Under the pieces are notes generated by a model. The model searched no databases. It saw only the letters and a list, made by a program, of their open reading frames with translations, and had not been told where the DNA came from. Of a DNA stretch of 34,445 nucleotides, positions 28,105 to 34,445 are shown one piece after another. Source of the DNA: an uncultured Candidatus Saccharibacteria bacterium (lineage in GTDB: Bacteria; Patescibacteriota; Minisyncoccia; Phycocordibacterales; Phycocordibacteraceae). How positions within the stretch are numbered: the first letter of the stretch is position 1; every line of letters starts with the position of its first letter. A program made the translations under genes and the position numbers. The stretch lies in assembly GCA_964565655.1 (NCBI GenBank), contig CAZMFT010000003.1, forward strand, positions 9,061 through 43,505. Direction: 5' to 3'.

Positions 28105-29766
28105 ATGGAACTCTACGGATGCGAATGGAACGCGGCCTGGCTCCTCATCTTCTCCGATAACGTCGGGCCCTTCATCTATTACTCCCACCTCGCGCCGATG
28201 ATCGCGTCGCTCATACTCGGTACCGTCGTCCTTCTCAATAACCGCCGCGGGCTCACGAACTGGGCCCTGTTCATGGTCACGCTCGCCTTCGCAGCCTACT
28301 GCTACATCGACCTCATCCTCTGGGCATCGCCAAGCCCGGAGCACGTCATCTTCTTCTGGCAGATGATCGTTCCGATAGAGCTCCTCATCTATGCGAGCTC
28401 GCTCTATCTCGTATACCTCTTCGCGAACGGACAGAAAGATATCTCGCTCGGCCGCAAGATAGCGATCGCAGCGCTTTTCATACCGATACTTGCGCTCCTC
28501 CACACCCAGTACACCGTCTCCGGCCTCTCTCCTGACTGCGACGAGGGCGCTATCGAGGGCCCGGTCATCCAGTACCTGTATTTCGCAGAAATGTTCATGA
28601 TCCTCTGGGCGGCGGTCGTCGCGGCAAGCGGCTATCAGAAGCTGAAAGATGTCCGCGAGCGCCGGCAGCTCCTCTTCATCAGCTTCGGCGTCATCTTCTT
28701 CCTCATCGCGTTCTCCGCCGGGAACGTCATCCTGATGCTTTCGCTGGAGACCATCTACGACCAGTACAAGCTGTTCGGCATGCCAGTGTTCCTCGCCTTC
28801 CTCACGTACAGCATCGTGAAGTTCCGTGCATTCAACGCCAAGATACTGCTCGCGCAGGCGCTCGTGATCGCACTCGCCATCCTCACGATCTCGATACTCT
28901 TCCTGCGCACTATCGAGAACGTCCAGATAGTCACCGTCGCGACCTTCATCCTGGTGTGTATCCTCGGATTCATCCTGATTCGTAACGTCAGGCGCGAGGT
29001 CGATCTGCGCCAGCAGACGCAGAAGCTCGCCCAGGAACTCGCGGAGACGAATCAGCGCCAGGAGAGCCTCATCCACTTCGTCGGTCACGAGGTCAAGGGC
29101 TTCTTGACTAAGGATATCGCCGTATTCGCGGCGCTCGTCGAAGGCGACCTCGGACAGCTTCCAGACAGTATGAAGCCGTTCGTCGAGAACGCCCTATCGC
29201 AAAGCCGTGACGGCGCCACGTCCGTTATCGACATACTCCATGCGTCGAATCAGAAGAAGGGGACCGTCGAATACCATAAGCAACCGTTCGATTTCGCTGC
29301 GCTTGTAAAGAAATGGGCGGAGAAACTGAAGCCTGTCGCAGAGAAGAAGGGTCTCACGCTCTCCCTTACCATCGACGAGACGGCGGGCTCCTACACACTC
29401 ATCGGCGACGAATCGCAAACCGGCGACCATGTGTTGCGGAACCTCATCGAGAATGCCATCAACTACACGCCCACGGGCAGCATCTCACTCTCGCTCGCGA
29501 AGAAGGGCCCGTTCGCGGTCTTTACGGTCGCGGATACGGGCGTCGGCATATCCACCGAGGATAGGCGTCGCCTCTTCACTGAAGGCGGGCACGGCAAGGA
29601 CTCGTTGAAGATAAACGCGCATTCCACCGGCTACGGTCTCTTCATAGCGAAAAACATCATTGAAGCCGAGGGTGGCACCGTTCGCGCAGAGTCAGAAGGT
29701 CCGGGCAAGGGTTCGCAGTTCATCGTGGCCTTGCCGCTCGATGCCGACCATCATGCTGCGCGTTAA
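28105..29766 (+). CDS. sensor histidine kinase with N-terminal multi-TM (HisKA_7TM-like) sensor region
   Basis: About 8 TM helices. H-box HFVGHEVKG, N-box LRNLIENAINYT, G1 DTGVGI, G2 GYGLFIAKN. Confidence 0.9.
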   Translation: MELYGCEWNAAWLLIFSDNVGPFIYYSHLAPMIASLILGTVVLLNNRRGLTNWALFMVTLAFAAYCYIDLILWASPSPEHVIFFWQMIVPIELLIYASSLYLVYLFANGQKDISLGRKIAIAALFIPILALLHTQYTVSGLSPDCDEGAIEGPVIQYLYFAEMFMILWAAVVAASGYQKLKDVRERRQLLFISFGVIFFLIAFSAGNVILMLSLETIYDQYKLFGMPVFLAFLTYSIVKFRAFNAKILLAQALVIALAILTISILFLRTIENVQIVTVATFILVCILGFILIRNVRREVDLRQQTQKLAQELAETNQRQESLIHFVGHEVKGFLTKDIAVFAALVEGDLGQLPDSMKPFVENALSQSRDGATSVIDILHASNQKKGTVEYHKQPFDFAALVKKWAEKLKPVAEKKGLTLSLTIDETAGSYTLIGDESQTGDHVLRNLIENAINYTPTGSISLSLAKKGPFAVFTVADTGVGISTEDRRRLFTEGGHGKDSLKINAHSTGYGLFIAKNIIEAEGGTVRAESEGPGKGSQFIVALPLDADHHAAR

Positions 29767-30202
29767 GAACACCATTCGATCGAGCCCGATACACGGTATC
29801 GGCCTCTTCGCCGCAGAGGATATTCCGAAAGACACGGTCATCTGGCAATTCGACCCTCGCATGGACCAGATACTCAACCCATCTGTATTTCCCAGCCTTC
29901 CTGAAGCAGCCCAGAGCCTCTTGGTACGGCATGCGTATCGAAGCAAGCGCACGGGGAATTACATCCTTGATTTCGATAACGGACGTTTCTTCAACCATTC
30001 CGATACGCCTAATACCTATACGAAGGTCGTGGACGGCGTTCCAGAGGATGTCATATTCTCAAATTGCGACATCAAGGAAGGACAGGAGCTCACGCTCGAT
30101 TACAGCCTCCAGGAAGACGAGCTCGGCGAGGAGAACGCGATCGTCGCCATGGGCGAGAAGCTTGGCATCGAGGATGACATCGATCCGCGAATCAAGCAGT
30201 AG
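29741..30202 (+). CDS. SET-domain protein (second copy, no post-SET Cys)
   Basis: IHGIGLFAAEDIPKDTVI, RFFNHSDTPNT, GQELTLDYS. ATG 29741 (or 29753) overlaps the kinase 3' end (stop at 29764-29766). The ORF-track TTG 29660 is unlikely. Confidence 0.75.
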   Translation: MPTIMLRVKNTIRSSPIHGIGLFAAEDIPKDTVIWQFDPRMDQILNPSVFPSLPEAAQSLLVRHAYRSKRTGNYILDFDNGRFFNHSDTPNTYTKVVDGVPEDVIFSNCDIKEGQELTLDYSLQEDELGEENAIVAMGEKLGIEDDIDPRIKQ

Positions 30203-30220
30203 GCCTGGTATAGTTTTCTC

Positions 30221-31474
30221 ATGAACCTGGCAGAAGAGCTCAAGGTGCGCGGGCTTGCGGAGCACACCAGCGCGAACCTCGGGGAGATACTCTCGGAGCC
30301 ACGCACTGCATATCTGGGGATGGACCCGACCGCGGACTCGCTTCATGTCGGTCACTTGGTGCCGATACTCCTTATGCGCCGACTGGGCGCTGCGGGCCAT
30401 AAGCTTATATTCCTCGTCGGGGGCGGTACCGGGATGATCGGCGACCCTCGCGACTCTGGCGAACGGACGCTCCTCGATGAGCGCACTTTGGCGGCGAATA
30501 CCCGCGCGCTGAATCGACAGCTGAAAGTCCTGTTGGGCCGGCTTTCGTTCCGCATGGTGGATAACAACGACTGGCTCTCGCGCGTGAAGCTCATCCCTTT
30601 TTTGCGCGACATCGGCAAGCACTTCACGGTGAATGAGCTCACGAAGCGAGACCTCATCAAGCGTAGGCTCGAAGACCCCAATGACAGCATCTCCTACACG
30701 GAATTCACGTATTCCTTGCTACAGGGATACGACTACCTCTACCTTAACGAAAAGTACGGCACGGACCTTCAAGTGGGCGGGTCCGACCAGTGGACCAATA
30801 TGCTTTCGGGCGTCGAATTGATCCGTCGGAAAGCGGGGAAGGAGGCGTTCGTCATCACGGCACCTATCATCACGGATTCCTCTGGCAAGAAATTTGGCAA
30901 ATCAGAAGGTAACGCCGTCTGGCTCGACCCTAAAAAGACCTCGCGCTTCAAGTTCTACCAATTCTGGCTCAATCTTCCGGACGATAACCTCGAGCGCTAT
31001 TTCCACGCATACACTATGCTCCCGGTAGGGGACGTCGAGGCACTCCTTATCCGCCATCGCGCGGCCCCGCATGCGCGCGAGGCGCAGGAGACCCTTGCGC
31101 GGCTCGTCACCGAGCTTGTGCACGGCCCCGCCGCAGTCGCAAACGCTGCAGCCGCAACCGACGCCCTCTTCGGCACCCAGCCGTTTGCCAAGCTATCACG
31201 CGAGGAGCGCGCGGTCGTGCTTGCAGAGGCGCCATCTGCGACTATTTCCGCCAAAGAAGCCGCCGCTGGGTACCCGCTCGTCGATGCGCTTGTCGCCGGA
31301 GGTCTTGCTGCATCAAAGTCCGATGCCCGTCGCCTTATCGAGGGTCGCGGCATCACGCTCAATGATTTCCAGGTAAAAGAAGCCGACCAGCGCATCCATC
31401 AGGGCGACCTTCCGGGCGGCTTCGGGTTAGTGCGCAAGGGAAAGCGCGACGTCCTCGTTCTCGTGTTGAAATAA
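30221..31474 (+). CDS. tyrS: tyrosine--tRNA ligase
   Basis: HIGH-type HVGHL, KMSKS-type KFGKS, and a C-terminal S4-like domain. TGgTATAGT at 30206-30214 lies 6 nt before the ATG. Confidence 0.95.
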   Translation: MNLAEELKVRGLAEHTSANLGEILSEPRTAYLGMDPTADSLHVGHLVPILLMRRLGAAGHKLIFLVGGGTGMIGDPRDSGERTLLDERTLAANTRALNRQLKVLLGRLSFRMVDNNDWLSRVKLIPFLRDIGKHFTVNELTKRDLIKRRLEDPNDSISYTEFTYSLLQGYDYLYLNEKYGTDLQVGGSDQWTNMLSGVELIRRKAGKEAFVITAPIITDSSGKKFGKSEGNAVWLDPKKTSRFKFYQFWLNLPDDNLERYFHAYTMLPVGDVEALLIRHRAAPHAREAQETLARLVTELVHGPAAVANAAAATDALFGTQPFAKLSREERAVVLAEAPSATISAKEAAAGYPLVDALVAGGLAASKSDARRLIEGRGITLNDFQVKEADQRIHQGDLPGGFGLVRKGKRDVLVLVLK

Positions 31475-31502
31475 GGCCTTAATCCGCTATAATCCGCATG
31501 AC

Positions 31503-31585
31503 GCGTCGGTGGTAGAGTGGTCAATTACAACAGGCTGTAAACCTGTCGGCTTCGGCCTACGGAGGTTCGAATCCTCCCCGGCGCA
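31503..31585 (+). tRNA. tRNA-Tyr (anticodon GTA at 31537-31539), class II long variable arm, CCA not encoded
   Basis: Hand fold: acceptor GCGTCGG/CCGGCGC (one U:G pair), D stem GTAG/TTAC, anticodon stem ACAGG/CCTGT with loop CTGTAAA, variable arm with a GGC-TTCG-GCC hairpin, T arm GGAGG-TTCGAAT-CCTCC. TATAAT at 31488-31493. Confidence 0.85.
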
Positions 31586-31590
31586 CAAAC

Positions 31591-31619
31591 GAAAAGGCCC
31601 GCAAGGGCTCTTTTCATTT
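31591..31619 (+). terminator. putative terminator after tRNA-Tyr
   Basis: GAAAAGGCCC GCAA GGGC-T-CTTTTC, followed by ATTT. Confidence 0.55.
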
Positions 31620-31756
31620 GGGCCGGAGCAGGGTCTGGGAGACCCTGCGTGGAGGATTCGAAAACCTTGCGAGCATAGTTTGCGAACACCTGGAGCAAAC
31701 TATCCGCAAGGTGTACAGAACCTGTAAGGTTCGAAATTCCTCCCCGCTCCGGGTCC
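31620..31756 (+). ncRNA. candidate structured RNA, unit A (tRNA-like closing stems plus conserved hairpin H1); class unknown
   Basis: Closing helix 31620-31629/31746-31756, hairpin 31630-31646, GGAGG..CCTCC pair (31651-55/31739-43), hairpin H1 31665-31711. No credible ORF. Strand assumed from the tRNA-like polarity. Confidence 0.4.
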
Positions 31757-31767
31757 TTTGTTTTGCG

Positions 31768-31977
31768 GCGTCCGGGGAGGATTCGAACGTCGGAGCCGGT
31801 ATACAAGATGAGCGGAGCGAATGCTTGTCGGCGAGACCGGGTCGGGGTTGCGAGCTAGATTCGGAATGCGTGGACGAATCTAGCCGCAAACCGTGACCGA
31901 ATCCCTGATTCGAACGCGAGGCGGGGTCGCGAAATTTTCCAGAAGGAAAATATCTGTGACCGAATCCTTCCCGGCGC
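31768..31977 (+). ncRNA. candidate structured RNA, unit B (12-bp tRNA-Tyr-like acceptor/T-stem minihelix closing about 185 nt, contains hairpin H2); class unknown
   Basis: GCG-T-CCGGGGAGG (31768-31780) pairs with CCTTCCCGGCGC (31966-31977). H2 at 31846-31892. Additional hairpins CGCGA-GGCGGGG-TCGCG and ATTTTCC-AGAA-GGAAAAT. Confidence 0.4.
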
Positions 31978-31992
31978 TTCAGCGTCCAAAAT

Positions 31993-32012
31993 ATGTATCA
32001 TATATGATACAT
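31993..32012. repeat. second copy of the 20-bp palindrome ATGTATCATATATGATACAT
   Basis: Identical to 6142-6161. The right flank C(CC)TCCTCT is also shared. Confidence 0.7.
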
Positions 32013-32187
32013 CCCTCCTCTGCGGCATTTGAATATCTATCCACGAAAGATATCTGACGGTTTGCCTGCCACGTTCCTTATCCACCGTACCTCATCTGAC
32101 CCCCATTCCCAAATCATACGGGCAGGCGTATAGTCCCATCGGCCAGCGTACATTGGTCTTTTTCGTTTCACTTTTGGGGAGGCGTAG

Positions 32188-32637
32188 ATGGATGGAGTAT
32201 CAGTCAGGAGCATAGCCCTTCATGAACTAGAAGGTCGCGTCGCAACACTCTCAACCGACCTCGAGGAGGCGAAAGAGGATTGCCAACGGGGCATTGATTC
32301 GGGAAGGAGGGCGTATCACGAGCAACTTGCTCGGACTCAAAGGGTCCTTCAAGACGACATCGCCGAGATGAAGGCGTACATCGTCGCGATGCGAGAGCCT
32401 CGTGATGTGGTCGGCGCCGGCTGCGTCGTCACGATCAAGCAAGGAAGCAAATGCAAGCAGTTTGCGATCATGCGCATCACGACCAACGTGACGGTGAAGA
32501 AAGGCACGCAGACCGTCATGGTGCTCGGCGACACCAACACGATCGCCCTGAAGCTTCGCTTCAAACGGGTGGGCAGTCAGGTCAAGCTCTATCTCGACGG
32601 CGAGGAGTCGTACTGGACGATCTCCAAGATCGAGTAG
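32188..32637 (+). CDS. coiled-coil plus GreA/GreB C-terminal-domain-like protein (Gre/Rnk-like), tentative
   Basis: SD GGGGAGG at 32176-32182. N-terminal coiled coil. C-terminal VVGAGCVVTIK...FAIM...IALKLRFKRVGSQVKL...YWTISKIE follows the Gre C-terminal-domain pattern. The canonical acidic tip motif was not seen. Confidence 0.4.
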   Translation: MDGVSVRSIALHELEGRVATLSTDLEEAKEDCQRGIDSGRRAYHEQLARTQRVLQDDIAEMKAYIVAMREPRDVVGAGCVVTIKQGSKCKQFAIMRITTNVTVKKGTQTVMVLGDTNTIALKLRFKRVGSQVKLYLDGEESYWTISKIE

Positions 32638-32654
32638 GAGGAGATACCGGAGGG

Positions 32655-32685
32655 GGCCGCGCACTATGGCGCGGCCTTTCGTATT
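32655..32685 (+). terminator. intrinsic terminator
   Basis: GGCCGCGC (32655-32662) ACTATG GCGCGGCC (32669-32676) TTTCGTATT. Confidence 0.8.
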
Positions 32686-32706
32686 GCCCCATGCTAGGAT
32701 GTCGCC

Positions 32707-33645
32707 ATGGCAAAACCCAGGCTCCTTACCGGCATACAATCGTCCGGCCAGCTCCATATCGGCAACTATTTCGGCGCTCTGAAGCCGTTCGCGGACATAT
32801 ACCGCGAATACGACAGCTTCCTCATGGTCGCGGACTACCACTCGCTGACATCGCTCCGAGATCCTGAAGCCGTCCGCCGCAACAGCCTCGAGGTGGTGAA
32901 GGATTACATCGCTGCAGGCGTCGACCCGGAAGAAGCCGTCATCTTCAAGCAGTCGGACGTATCGGAGCACACGGAACTCGCATGGATATTCGACTGCCTC
33001 GTCACTGTGCCGTTTTTGATGCAGGCGCACTCCTACAAGGACAAGGTGGCGAAGGGACTTGAGGCGAACGCCGGACTCTTTGCGTACCCGATGCTTATGG
33101 CTGCGGACATCCTTCTTTATGACGCGGTCGCAGTGCCTGTCGGCGAGGACCAGCGCCAGCACATCGAATACGCGCGCGAGGCTGCGTCGAAATTCAATAA
33201 CGCATACCAGCCTTTATTTACGGAGCCCAAGGAGATGATCCTTGCGGGCGTCGGCGTCGTCCCCGGCACGGACGGGCAGAAGATGTCTAAGAGCTACGGA
33301 AACACGATCCCGCTCTTTGCGACGAGGGACGAGGTAGCGAAGGCGGTCATGGGCATCGTCACGGACTCCGCAGGCGACCGCCCCGAGAACGTGTACGCCA
33401 TACATAAGCTTCTCAAGTCCGAGGAGGAGCTCGCACCGCTTTACACAGAGTACGCTGGCAAGTACAAGGCGCTCAAAGAGACGCTTATCGAAGACCTCGA
33501 TGCGTATTTTGCCCCTATGCGCGAGAAGCGCGACAGCATCACAGATGACAACGCGCGCGAGGTACTCTCCCGCGGCGCCAAGAAGGCGAAGGTAGTAGCA
33601 GCCGCCAAGATGGAAGCGGTGCGGAAGGCTGTGGGCGTCGCTTGA
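32707..33645 (+). CDS. trpS: tryptophan--tRNA ligase
   Basis: GIQSSGQLHIGNYFGA (HIGH) and KMSKSYGN (KMSKS). TGcTAGGAT at 32692-32700 lies 6 nt before the ATG. Confidence 0.95.
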   Translation: MAKPRLLTGIQSSGQLHIGNYFGALKPFADIYREYDSFLMVADYHSLTSLRDPEAVRRNSLEVVKDYIAAGVDPEEAVIFKQSDVSEHTELAWIFDCLVTVPFLMQAHSYKDKVAKGLEANAGLFAYPMLMAADILLYDAVAVPVGEDQRQHIEYAREAASKFNNAYQPLFTEPKEMILAGVGVVPGTDGQKMSKSYGNTIPLFATRDEVAKAVMGIVTDSAGDRPENVYAIHKLLKSEEELAPLYTEYAGKYKALKETLIEDLDAYFAPMREKRDSITDDNAREVLSRGAKKAKVVAAAKMEAVRKAVGVA

Positions 33646-33697
33646 ATCCCCGACTAAGGGGCGTATAGTCCGCCCTAGACTGAAGTGGGAGGCTTAG

Positions 33698-34024
33698 ATG
33701 GCAAGGACACGGGCGATTGAGCCCAAGGATTCGGTAGTGCGGCGCCTGCGTGAGAAATATGCAATAGCCGGGATATTCCACGACCCGGCGGCGCTCGAAG
33801 GTAAGTCGTTCTATTTTGTGCCAGAGGGCAAGTCCGACATCATCGCTGGGAAGCTCATCTCCGGGACGTTCGTCAGCAAGTCGAACTCACTCACGTTCAC
33901 GATCGATACTAGATGGCACGGGTGCTTCGAGGTCCGTGCGCTGAATTTCAGCATCGCGAACGGCAGCTGGTACATCGCATTCAAGGGACGGATGAACTGC
34001 CTCTGGGGCACGATACATTTCTGA
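33698..34024 (+). CDS. hypothetical protein (108 aa)
   Basis: SD GGGAGG at 33687-33692. Its promoter and RBS words are duplicated from the 32188 gene. No family recognised. Confidence 0.55.
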   Translation: MARTRAIEPKDSVVRRLREKYAIAGIFHDPAALEGKSFYFVPEGKSDIIAGKLISGTFVSKSNSLTFTIDTRWHGCFEVRALNFSIANGSWYIAFKGRMNCLWGTIHF

Positions 34025-34030
34025 CCGACT

Positions 34031-34070
34031 ACGGCCGCACTCCCAAACGGAGGGCGGCCGTGCTACTTTT
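34031..34070 (+). terminator. intrinsic terminator
   Basis: ACGGCCGC-A-CTCC, loop CAAAC, GGAG-G-GCGGCCGT (12 bp with one mismatch), then GCTACTTTT. Confidence 0.65.
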
Positions 34071-34078
34071 ATCCCTAT

Positions 34079-34445
34079 ATGGCAAGGACGCTCATAGGTG
34101 ACCTGGCGGGCCAAGTTGGGAAGGAGGCGACTATAGAGGCGATAGTCGATGTCCGCCGCGACCAGGGAAAGATGGTCTTCTTCGATTTCCGCGACCGGAC
34201 AGGAACCGTCCAGGGCGTGACGCTCCCTAATCACGCAGAGGCTATAGCAGCAGCGAAAGAAGTCACTATCGAGTCCGCAGTCCGCGTGACGGGCATGGTG
34301 AATAAGCGCCCAGAGAAGAACGTGCAAGCCGATAAGCAGAATGGCGATATCGAGCTCGAGGTCACCGCGATAGAGGTACTTGGCAAAGCTGAAGTGCTCC
34401 CATTCGAGCTCGAGGCTGACGTTAATCTCGATACGTATCTCGACA
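34079..34445 (+). CDS. aspS: aspartate--tRNA ligase (class IIb), N-terminal OB-fold fragment; 3' end outside window
   Basis: Hand translation: MARTLIGDLAGQVGKEATIEAIVDVRRDQGKMVFFDFRDRTGTVQGV...VTGMVNKRPEKNVQADKQNGDIELEV..IEVLGKAEVLPF. This is the typical AspRS anticodon-binding domain pattern. AsnRS or LysRS cannot be fully excluded from the fragment. Confidence 0.75.
   Translation, partial: MARTLIGDLAGQVGKEATIEAIVDVRRDQGKMVFFDFRDRTGTVQGVTLPNHAEAIAAAKEVTIESAVRVTGMVNKRPEKNVQADKQNGDIELEVTAIEVLGKAEVLPFELEADVNLDTYLD

Noticed and set aside
27937-29088. 383-aa minus-strand ORF rich in D/E/R
   Set aside because: It is antisense to the TM region of the histidine kinase. Its low-complexity acidic composition mirrors the hydrophobic codons of the real gene. 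It has no start signals.
31620-31977. tmRNA (ssrA) interpretation of the structured region
   Set aside because: Attractive features are GGAGGATTCGAA resembling the tmRNA GGAUUCGAC word, a G3:U pair in the unit A closing stem, and a GCA-initiated frame ANYPQGVQNL-stop in H1. Against it: there is no proper 5-bp, 7-nt T arm next to either 3' acceptor strand. The discriminator is U with no ACCA. The tag lacks the usual hydrophobic (L/V)AA end. Unit A is only 137 nt, and the unit B acceptor has no G3:U. Left as an open check (ARAGORN/Rfam), not called.
31620-31977. RNase P RNA interpretation
   Set aside because: Short resemblances exist: CCTGGAGCAA vs CCCGGAGCAAG, and ACAGAACC. However, the universally conserved GGAAAGUCCGG (CR-I/P4) word is absent and no P4 pairing can be drawn.
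32251-33162. 303-aa minus-strand ORF
   Set aside because: It is antisense to the Gre-like ORF, a strong terminator and trpS. It runs straight through the 32655-32685 terminator hairpin and the trpS promoter, so it is not a plausible gene.

Overview
34.4-kb chromosomal segment of a small-genome, roughly 55-60 % G+C bacterium. Short AlaRS, Cys-less L36, SD-less core genes and many tiny membrane ORFs suggest a CPR/Patescibacteria-like organism, but that is inference only. Nearly all genes are on the + strand. In order: mltG 3' end, mnmA, an ATP-cone/Mrr-like nuclease between two membrane-anchored proteins, a Cas4-like PD-(D/E)XK nuclease, an MGMT-family protein, ung, an M13 peptidase (-), a short alaS, an actin-fold ATPase plus a proline-rich membrane protein. 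Then infA-rpmJ-rpsM-rpsK-rpsD-rpoA-rplQ-rplM-rpsI, a low-GC AIPR abortive-infection gene, and grpE-dnaK. A 2-kb block of four small genes follows, then dnaJ, an ABC exporter, a SET / small TM / 7TM histidine kinase / SET operon, tyrS, tRNA-Tyr, about 360 nt of structured non-coding sequence, a Gre/Rnk-like ORF, trpS, a small ORF and the aspS 5' end. No rRNA, CRISPR array, transposase or integrase was seen. Most interesting observations: (1) two tandem tRNA-Tyr-derived structured RNA units after tRNA-Tyr, each with the same hairpin supported by four compensatory base-pair changes; (2) an orphan histidine kinase translationally coupled to two SET-domain methyltransferases; (3) the dnaK-dnaJ pair split by an SD-led small-gene block; (4) AIPR wedged between the r-protein operon and grpE; (5) a sharp split between leaderless or SD-less housekeeping genes and strongly SD-led small orphan ORFs; (6) recurring perfect palindromes, one with stop codons in all six frames.
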